Source: Candidatus Binataceae bacterium (GTDB lineage Bacteria; Desulfobacterota; Binatia; Binatales; Binataceae). From it: a DNA stretch of 64,000 nt. The notes under the pieces were generated by a model. It saw only the letters and a program-made list of their open reading frames with translations. It was not told the DNA's origin and searched no databases. Location: the NCBI GenBank assembly GCA_963752805.1, contig CAVWAA010000033.1, positions 10,505 through 74,504 on the forward strand, in the 5' to 3' direction. How positions within the stretch are numbered: the first letter of the stretch is position 1; each line of letters opens with the position of its first letter. The translations under genes were made by a program, and so were the position numbers. Below, one piece after another: positions 57,546 to 64,000 of this stretch.

Positions 57546-59372
57546 CTAGTCCGCCAGAAAGCGGCGGTGAACGAGAACTGCGATCAAAAGAGTCAGCATG
57601 GCCAGGGGCAGCAGTAGCCGATCGACTGATTCGTAGGTGGTAATCATTGCGCCGGAGCGCTGGACTATTTTTGAAACCGGCGCGTCGAACTCCCCGCCGG
57701 TATCGGCCGCGATAGTGCGCAGCAAGGGCTCATTGGCCGCCCTTAGCCTCAGTTCGGCCGCGTCGAGCGCTTGGGCCCCGTTGGAGGCCACCTCGCGCCG
57801 CAACAGCACGCGTTCCGTGTCGCCGGCTTTAATCATCAGGGCAAGCGCGTACTTCCCTCGCCTGAGCGGTGCCGACTCAGCCCGATAGGTCGAAGTACCA
57901 ACCTGACTCATCGCCGCATCGTTATCGAGACCAGGTCCGGTGATCCGGCAAAACAGATTGCTCACTGGCAGCGGATCAGCCTTCTGTGCTTCGAATTCCA
58001 ACGAACCGTCATCAGAATCCCTCACTCGCAGCGAGAACGGTCCTGAATCACCCTCGCGCGCAACCCAGCTTACAAGCTGTGACCAAAATTGCGAATAGCG
58101 GTCCCATCGGATCCATGCGAGCGAACCCAACGAATCCGGGTCGGCCGAAAAGATGGCGCTGCGTCCGAGTTCGTACTGCCAGGTAGCCAACAGCGGAGCA
58201 CTACGCGCTCCCTTGCGGACAAGTAATGGTACCTCGGCTCCATCTTTGGCTTGGGTCATGGCAAAAAAATCGAGCGGTGGCAAATCATGCTGCGCAATAC
58301 CGCTGAGGATCGCACTGTGGTTGCCGAAATCGATATGCGAACGCTCGTGCCACTTGAAATTTTCGGCCTCGTGAGTCAGATGAACAAGTAATTGCGGTAA
58401 TTTGGTGATGTCCTCGACCCGGTAAAAAACCCCACCGGTGGCATGGGCGAAATCCTGCAACAGCCGCAAGTTCTCCAGGTCGGGACCGATCCGGATGGTT
58501 GAGACCGGAATCGCGTCCTTGGCATAGTCCGCCATCTCCTGATCATGATCGTGATACTGACGGTTAGTATCTCCATCGGTCAGCAAGATCACCTCGCGCA
58601 CGGCAATCCCGCTCTGATCGATTTCGTGTTCTGCGATTTCGAGCGCTTCTTTGAAATCCGTCCCCCCACCCGGTTCGAGCCGCTGGACGCGCGTGATGAG
58701 TTCATCACGTTGCTCGCCCAGTGGACGCAAATGACCGAGGATATAAGGTTCGGAATCAAACGCGATCACTCCGGCATAGTCAGTGTCGTCGAGTTGGTTG
58801 AGCAGGGCGACGGCGGCCTGCTTGGCATAATGGATACGCTCACCATCTCTGACTGCGGGATAGCGCGAGTTGTAGCTCATCGAGTTCGAGCGGTCGATGA
58901 GAAGATACACCGCGATCGGCTCGCGCGACGGGGGTGGCGGCTGTGGTTGGAAAGTGACTGGCAAAGTCTTTTCGAGGGTAGTACCGCGGAAATGCGAATC
59001 GCGTAACGTATCGCCGGTTACGACCAAACCACCGCCGAAATCGGCAACGTAGCGGTTCAAGGCAGCTTGCGTTCCCTCGTCGAGGGCCTCAGAAGGCACG
59101 TTGGCAATTATCACAGCCTGGTAGGCCAGATAAGCCTCCGCCTGAGCCGGCAGACCGTGCGGTGGCGCGGTTCGCACCTGGTAATTACGCTTATGCAAGG
59201 CCTTGACGAGACTGTCAGGCGGATTGGGCGAAACCAGCAGCACCCGCGGCGGCTCGATTACCGAAAGCGCCGTCTGCGCGGTCGGATTTGCGGCAACCAA
59301 TGGCGCCGGCACCTTGATTTGCGCCTGCATCAAATATGCGCCGACTCCGGCCGACTCGATAAGGCAGCACAA
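57546..59372 (-). CDS. vWA-domain protein (C-terminal portion of a probable single large Bat-type protein; C-terminal TM anchor)
   Basis: MIDAS IAVYLLIDRSNSMS, VILLTDGDTN; ends with TM LLLPLAMLTLLIAVLV. N-terminal 50 aa overlap the upstream ORF in another frame. Confidence 0.8.
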   Translation of the reverse strand: MCCLIESAGVGAYLMQAQIKVPAPLVAANPTAQTALSVIEPPRVLLVSPNPPDSLVKALHKRNYQVRTAPPHGLPAQAEAYLAYQAVIIANVPSEALDEGTQAALNRYVADFGGGLVVTGDTLRDSHFRGTTLEKTLPVTFQPQPPPPSREPIAVYLLIDRSNSMSYNSRYPAVRDGERIHYAKQAAVALLNQLDDTDYAGVIAFDSEPYILGHLRPLGEQRDELITRVQRLEPGGGTDFKEALEIAEHEIDQSGIAVREVILLTDGDTNRQYHDHDQEMADYAKDAIPVSTIRIGPDLENLRLLQDFAHATGGVFYRVEDITKLPQLLVHLTHEAENFKWHERSHIDFGNHSAILSGIAQHDLPPLDFFAMTQAKDGAEVPLLVRKGARSAPLLATWQYELGRSAIFSADPDSLGSLAWIRWDRYSQFWSQLVSWVAREGDSGPFSLRVRDSDDGSLEFEAQKADPLPVSNLFCRITGPGLDNDAAMSQVGTSTYRAESAPLRRGKYALALMIKAGDTERVLLRREVASNGAQALDAAELRLRAANEPLLRTIAADTGGEFDAPVSKIVQRSGAMITTYESVDRLLLPLAMLTLLIAVLVHRRFLAD

Positions 59373-60135
59373 ATCGGTTTAATCCCGGTCTCAGCGATAC
59401 CTGCTGAACGCCAAGCGCATTGTCGTCGCTCGACAAACTAATCTGCGCCGCCACCGGCACTCGCGCTTCACTCTGAATGTCCATGTGTAGCGCAAAGCTG
59501 GTCTCCGCCCGAACCACCTCAGGCGCCTCGAACGAAGTGATTGCAACGCGTGCAATTGCCGAGGGCGGCGGCGCGGCGGTGAAGATGCGTACGTCCGCCT
59601 GGGTCATGGCCGGCACTTCGTCGAGTACCTGTCCCTCGGTTTCATTGCCATCAGTCAGCAGCACCAGCCGCTTTTCCTCGTTGTCAGGAAAAATCCCCAG
59701 GGCCGTAGTAAGCGCGCCCGCTAGATCGGTTGCGTCGCGATCGACTCCGGCAACATTCAGCACCGGCATTCGGGGATCTTGGAGCGGCGCCAGCAGACTC
59801 GCATCCCGTCCGAATCCGATTACGGCTACACGGTCCAACGTGCTGACGCGATGCCGGATTTCGGCAATCCGATCCTGCATCCAGACCGCCTGATCCGGCG
59901 CAATCGAGCGGGACTGGTCCACCGCTATCACCATCGCCATGCGTCGAGCGGCGGATCTCACCGGAATGCGCAATCCAGCCAGCATCAATATCAGGGCGGC
60001 AAAAGTCGACAGCCGCGCCGCGGTTGAAATCGCGGCAGCCGACACCCTGCTGCCACGCACTACTGCCAACACACCGGGAGCTGCGACCAGCGGTGATGCC
60101 AGCAGCAGCCATAATAGTATCGGCCGTTCAAACAT
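59215..60135 (-). CDS. vWA-domain protein (N-terminal portion; possibly split from 57546-59372 by a frameshift near 59350)
   Basis: MFERPILLWLLLASPLV.. (start 60135, ATGTTTGA overlap with upstream stop), MIDAS MVIAVDQSRSIAPD, LVLLTDGNETEG; last about 45 aa (..VGRSRRIFDAGANQGAG..) look non-native. Confidence 0.75.
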   Translation of the reverse strand: MFERPILLWLLLASPLVAAPGVLAVVRGSRVSAAAISTAARLSTFAALILMLAGLRIPVRSAARRMAMVIAVDQSRSIAPDQAVWMQDRIAEIRHRVSTLDRVAVIGFGRDASLLAPLQDPRMPVLNVAGVDRDATDLAGALTTALGIFPDNEEKRLVLLTDGNETEGQVLDEVPAMTQADVRIFTAAPPPSAIARVAITSFEAPEVVRAETSFALHMDIQSEARVPVAAQISLSSDDNALGVQQVSLRPGLNRFVLPYRVGRSRRIFDAGANQGAGAIGCRKSDRADGAFGNRAAAGAAGFAQSA

Positions 60136-62008
60136 GACGCACACCCCGACGGATAGCGCGTTGCGCGAGCAAAGCTGATTCGGCCAGAACTAAGAAGGTT
60201 GCCACCACGATCAACACTAAGGCCGCCGGCTCTGGATAACTCTCGCTACGAGCTGGGGCTGCAAACTGAACCGGCCGCTCGAACTCTGAAGCTGTCAGCG
60301 ATGAGGCGAGGTCTGATTCGGCGGCATCATAATAATTAGCATAGACTGCGACTTCGCGGTGGCCGCCTCGCACCACGTAGCGGCCCGCTTCCAGCGGACG
60401 AAAACGCACCCGTCCCCATTGATCGGGCTGCAAGCCGGTGTTTGAGCCGGCCGGCGCAGTTAAGGTCGCTGCGCCAAAGGTCGAAATGGCGACGAACGTG
60501 CCGGTTGCCACCACTTTGATGTTCTGCGGCGCCACCACTCGTTTGAGCGTATCAACCGTCAGCACCAAGGCGTCCATGCGATCAGGATCAAGCAGCAGAT
60601 GGTTCCTGATGTCGAAGGTGAGGACACCAACCTCACCCTCACTGTTGCGCCCGACGGCTGCTATTGGCAACGAATCATGGCCGCCGACGGGTGCGCCCCG
60701 GGCCAGAGTATCCATCCATCCCGGTAGTGATACGACTCGTGTAGGGCCGAGCAGTGCGGGTGTCGCAAGCGGGCCGGTATCCTGCCGCGACTCTAATTCG
60801 GCTACGGCCACGCTGCCAACCACCGATAGCACCGGCGAACGCTTTGAGCTCCGCAGCCAGGGCTCAGGAAAAACAAACATGCGCGCCGTGGCGTTAACCC
60901 CGGCGTCGCTGCAGTCATGTAACACCGCCAGGGCGAATTGTTGCGCAGCAGCATCGCTCGACCGATAGAGGGCCGGATCCAGCGCCGTAACGACGAAGTT
61001 GGGATTGATAGCGAGCACAATGCGGGCAAGGTCGTCGCGCGTATCAGCGTCAGGCGATAAGACCAATACCTTGGCCTGCTCGATGGAGGGTGCGATCGCG
61101 TAGCGCTCGTTGTCCGCCGCAAGGGCGTCGGGGGTGATGATTCGAGCGCGGAGCAGGCCACCTTCGGCGAGCGGCCGAAACGTGACAATAGCTTGTGCGC
61201 GCGGTTCGATTATCAATGGAGAACGCACGACCTGGCGGCCATTGTTGTCGATCTCCAGTTCGCATTCGGCCGGGTGATTGGAGAAATTGCGCAACACACA
61301 ATGACCCGCGCTGCTCCTTGGCACCCCCGCATCCAGCGAGGCAATCGCCACATTATCTGCGGCTTCACCAACTTGATGTATTGCGACCCGCCCGTCGGGA
61401 CGCGCCTCCCGAACGATCTCTTTCGCTGGTTTACGGTCAGCAAAAAGATCAATCGTAGACGCCCCTCGCGCATCGAGCAGCGCCGCCCGCAGAGCTGCTG
61501 GCCGCACTCCGACCGCCATCGGCTGTAGCTTGTCGAGCGCGGCGAACAATTCTTCGCGCGACGTTGACGGCGCAAACAAAGTCCTTGCTTCGAGTGCATA
61601 GCCGATAATGCTGAACCCATCGCCGGCCGGCGCGGCCGAGATTAGCCTGCGCGCGCGGCGGCGAGCCTCGTCCAATCGCGAGACCCCACCGTCGCTCGCC
61701 TCCATTGCGGCGCCGAGATCAAACACCAGCGCATGAAGTTGATGGCGGCCGACCGGTCGCGGGCCAAGCAGATAAAAGCCAGCAGCTGCGAGCGTCATCG
61801 CAGCCAAAGCCAAAGCCTCCAACCAAAACGGTAGGTCAACGCGCAATATCCGGCTCTTGGCTATCGGTGCCGGGATCTCTTCCAACAACATCAGGCTCGA
61901 AACGCTGATGGTCGGACGCGCACGCGAACGCAGGTAAATCGCTACGAGAACAACCAGGCTCAAACCGCAGAGCAAACTTCCCGGACTGAAAAAACCCACG
62001 TCAGGCAA
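60128..62008 (-). CDS. BatA-N (aerotolerance-regulator N-terminal double-TM) domain protein
   Basis: 626 aa; N-terminus FFSPGSLLCGLSLVVLVAIYLRSR...LPFWLEALALAAMTLAAAGFYL; C-terminal TM; position after DUF58 as in MoxR operons. Confidence 0.75.
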   Translation of the reverse strand: MPDVGFFSPGSLLCGLSLVVLVAIYLRSRARPTISVSSLMLLEEIPAPIAKSRILRVDLPFWLEALALAAMTLAAAGFYLLGPRPVGRHQLHALVFDLGAAMEASDGGVSRLDEARRRARRLISAAPAGDGFSIIGYALEARTLFAPSTSREELFAALDKLQPMAVGVRPAALRAALLDARGASTIDLFADRKPAKEIVREARPDGRVAIHQVGEAADNVAIASLDAGVPRSSAGHCVLRNFSNHPAECELEIDNNGRQVVRSPLIIEPRAQAIVTFRPLAEGGLLRARIITPDALAADNERYAIAPSIEQAKVLVLSPDADTRDDLARIVLAINPNFVVTALDPALYRSSDAAAQQFALAVLHDCSDAGVNATARMFVFPEPWLRSSKRSPVLSVVGSVAVAELESRQDTGPLATPALLGPTRVVSLPGWMDTLARGAPVGGHDSLPIAAVGRNSEGEVGVLTFDIRNHLLLDPDRMDALVLTVDTLKRVVAPQNIKVVATGTFVAISTFGAATLTAPAGSNTGLQPDQWGRVRFRPLEAGRYVVRGGHREVAVYANYYDAAESDLASSLTASEFERPVQFAAPARSESYPEPAALVLIVVATFLVLAESALLAQRAIRRGVRHV

Positions 62009-62906
62009 TCACCCCCAAGCGCGGGAATTCACGGCTCATGGTCGCGTCGAGATTCGAGACGCCGAAAGCGCGAGAATAAACGATCCCGTGGCGAGCGCAA
62101 AAATTGCTGAGCCTTTCGGCATGCTGTTCGACGCGTCGGCGGCACATTTCGGATTCCTGCGCGCCGAAGGTGACTTCGCGCAGTTCGCCCGACTCGCAGT
62201 CACGCACTCGATACGCTCCCGGTGGGTAGGCACCAACGGATTCGCGATCGCCCATTACATGAATGGCCTTGACCTCGTGCCGGGCGGCGACGAGCTGACT
62301 CAATGCATTTTCATAATCCACCGGATTTACCAGGAAATCCGAAACCAGGACCACGATGCCGGCGTGATGAGGCGCCAGCAGAAACTCTTCGGCGGCCGCC
62401 GACAGCCGCGTATCGCCCTCGCATTTGAGACCGGTTACGAAGGGGCGAAACGCGTGAAACGACTCCCGGCGTTGATGAAAGCGCGTAATCTGCAACCGCC
62501 GGGTCCCGCGGCTGCCGCCGAAAGCGGCCAGCCGCACCGAGTCGTTCTCACCCATTCCGATGTACGCCAGGGCAGCGCCGAGTACCAGCGCAAGGCCTAG
62601 TTTGTCGTCGGATTCCGGCACTCCCATCGAAGCACTCGCATCAATGATGATGCTGAGTTCAATCTGACGCTCCGCGCGAAAGGTGCGGATGGTCAGATCG
62701 TCAAGACGGGCAAAGGCATTCCAGTCGAGGAACCGGAGGTCATCGCCGGCCGAGTACTCGCGAAAATTCTCCGGCTCGATGCCGGAACCCAAGACACGGC
62801 CGACGCTGCGGCGGCCCGCACGGACGGTACGCGCCCGCTTGGTGCCCAGTACCAGCGCGTCGAGGCGTTGGAGAAACTCGGGATCAAAGGCACGGGTTGC
62901 AAGCAT
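62001..62906 (-). CDS. DUF58-domain protein
   Basis: FREYSAGDDLRFLDWNAFARLDDLTIRTFRAERQIELSIIIDASASM: signature DUF58 block; follows MoxR. Confidence 0.85.
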   Translation of the reverse strand: MLATRAFDPEFLQRLDALVLGTKRARTVRAGRRSVGRVLGSGIEPENFREYSAGDDLRFLDWNAFARLDDLTIRTFRAERQIELSIIIDASASMGVPESDDKLGLALVLGAALAYIGMGENDSVRLAAFGGSRGTRRLQITRFHQRRESFHAFRPFVTGLKCEGDTRLSAAAEEFLLAPHHAGIVVLVSDFLVNPVDYENALSQLVAARHEVKAIHVMGDRESVGAYPPGAYRVRDCESGELREVTFGAQESEMCRRRVEQHAERLSNFCARHGIVYSRAFGVSNLDATMSREFPRLGVIA

Positions 62907-62918
62907 TGAACTATAGAT

Positions 62919-63977
62919 TCATACACGCGTCGGACGCACTGCTTTGACCACCTGTTCCACAATCCGTGCCGCGTCAATGTTGTCGGAATGGGCTGCGTAG
63001 TTGAGCATGATGCGGTGTTCGAGTGCGGCCGGCGCAAGTTGATCGATGTCGTCGTAAGCAATGTTGGCGCGGCCGTCCAGCAGGGCGCGCACCTTGGCGC
63101 CCAGAATCAGCGCGAGCGCGCCACGCGGACTCGAACCAAAACTGACGTAGCGATTGACCAGGTCGACCCGCACTGATGGACGATGCTCGCCGAGAATACG
63201 AGGATTTTCCGGTTGCGTGGCCCGCACCATGCGCGCCGCATACTGCTCAATCGTAGGCGCCACTAGAACTTCGCGCACCAGCCGCTTGAGCGCTTCGAGC
63301 CGTTGCGCAGCTTCTTCAAGCCCAAACACCGGACCGACGCCAGCCTCTTCAGGGCCGGTAGTGGCCGTGATTATCCTGACAAGTTCGTCCTCCCCAGGGT
63401 ATCCCAAGCGCACTTTGAACAGAAAGCGGTCGAGCTGGGCTTCGGGGAGCGGATAGGTGCCCTCCATTTCGATTGGATTCAGTGTCGCCATCACGAAGTA
63501 AGGTGGCGGCAGTGGATAGGTCGTACCGCCAGCCGTGACCTGCAACTCAGCCATCGCTTCCAGCAGGGCCGACTGGGTCTTGGGCGTCGCCCGATTGATC
63601 TCATCGCCGAGCAGGATATGGCAGAAAATCGGACCCGGCTGGAAGCTAAATTCGCGTCGTCCATCGGCGCCAGAGAGGATCACGCGGGTGCCGGTGATAT
63701 CGGCCGGCATCAGGTCCACGGTGAATTGAATTCGATTGAAGCTCAGATTAAGTACCAGACCCAGCGTCTTGACCAGGGTGGTTTTGCCGGTGCCTGGCAC
63801 CCCTTCAATCAACACATGGCCGCCGACGAACAGAGCGCTCAGCAACTCCTCGACGGCGCGCTCGTGGCCAACAATGACCTTATGAATCTCGGCCTGGATC
63901 CGGCGGAAGATTCGTGCGAAATCGCCGATGCTCGGTTGCTCCGCAGTCGTCGGTTGGGGTTCGTTCTGATTGCGCAC
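62919..63977 (-). CDS. MoxR-family AAA+ ATPase
   Basis: Walker A LIEGVPGTGKTTLVK, Walker B/sensor ILLGDEINRATPKTQSALLEAMAE, ..ATLNPIEMEGTYPLPEAQLDRF.. Confidence 0.9.
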   Translation of the reverse strand: MRNQNEPQPTTAEQPSIGDFARIFRRIQAEIHKVIVGHERAVEELLSALFVGGHVLIEGVPGTGKTTLVKTLGLVLNLSFNRIQFTVDLMPADITGTRVILSGADGRREFSFQPGPIFCHILLGDEINRATPKTQSALLEAMAELQVTAGGTTYPLPPPYFVMATLNPIEMEGTYPLPEAQLDRFLFKVRLGYPGEDELVRIITATTGPEEAGVGPVFGLEEAAQRLEALKRLVREVLVAPTIEQYAARMVRATQPENPRILGEHRPSVRVDLVNRYVSFGSSPRGALALILGAKVRALLDGRANIAYDDIDQLAPAALEHRIMLNYAAHSDNIDAARIVEQVVKAVRPTRV

Positions 63978-64000
63978 CGAGTCGGCTCCTTTTATCGGCG

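Noticed and set aside
59215-59372. Treating the 158-nt overlap of the two vWA ORFs as a genuine overlapping-gene arrangement.
   Set aside because: The overlap is far longer than the 4-17 nt overlaps seen between the other genes of this operon. The tail of the upstream ORF looks non-native, while the other frame reads as a natural continuation, so a frameshift is more likely. I kept both ORFs as features and flagged the issue.

Overview
This is a GC-rich bacterial chromosomal segment. I found no rRNA, tRNA or CRISPR array.

Intact metabolic and housekeeping operons:
- GST plus two amidohydrolase-2 paralogs (7.2-10.5 kb).
- Two family-III CoA-transferases, a nitroreductase and a VOC enzyme (36.9-40.8 kb).
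- An aminotransferase, then a MoxR / DUF58 / BatA-N / vWA operon (56.3-64 kb).

These alternate with accessory DNA that is heavily eroded:
- 0-5.9 kb: an IS21 element (istA/istB, running off the window start) and a decayed IS91-like element (tyrosine recombinase plus HUH transposase). The IS91-like element sits next to a truncated MFS pump gene.
- 10.6-36.5 kb, island-like stretch. It contains four toxin-antitoxin modules, and every toxin gene is broken. It also holds three tyrosine-recombinase remnants, a broken resolvase and a TetR-headed tailoring/resistance-type cluster (glycosyltransferase, FAD monooxygenase, O-methyltransferase, GNAT), most of it disrupted.
- Same stretch, continued: an AT-richer cassette encodes an LCAT/PGAP1-like lipase split by an in-frame TGA, followed by an unknown ORF. 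There is an intact CmcJ-like oxygenase plus SAM-methyltransferase pair. A decayed defence-type pair (PHP-domain/ATPase 'Ppl-like' gene and a type-III-Res-like helicase-nuclease) is joined tail-to-tail at a deletion junction.
- 41.8-52.6 kb, stress-gene neighbourhood: GYD x2, USP x2 (one dead), ferritin-like, CBS, GNAT, DUF3303-like and a CBM48-esterase. It carries three paralogs of a protein family I cannot assign to any named domain. This is my best candidate for something undescribed.
- 53.4-55.4 kb: an apparently intact IS5-superfamily element with imperfect terminal inverted repeats and CTAG flanks.

Limits: everything here comes from reading and hand-translating the sequence. Family assignments are motif recognition from memory, not searches. 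Frameshift positions are approximate. Many long ORFs in the supplied track are antisense shadow ORFs typical of GC-rich DNA and are not reported.
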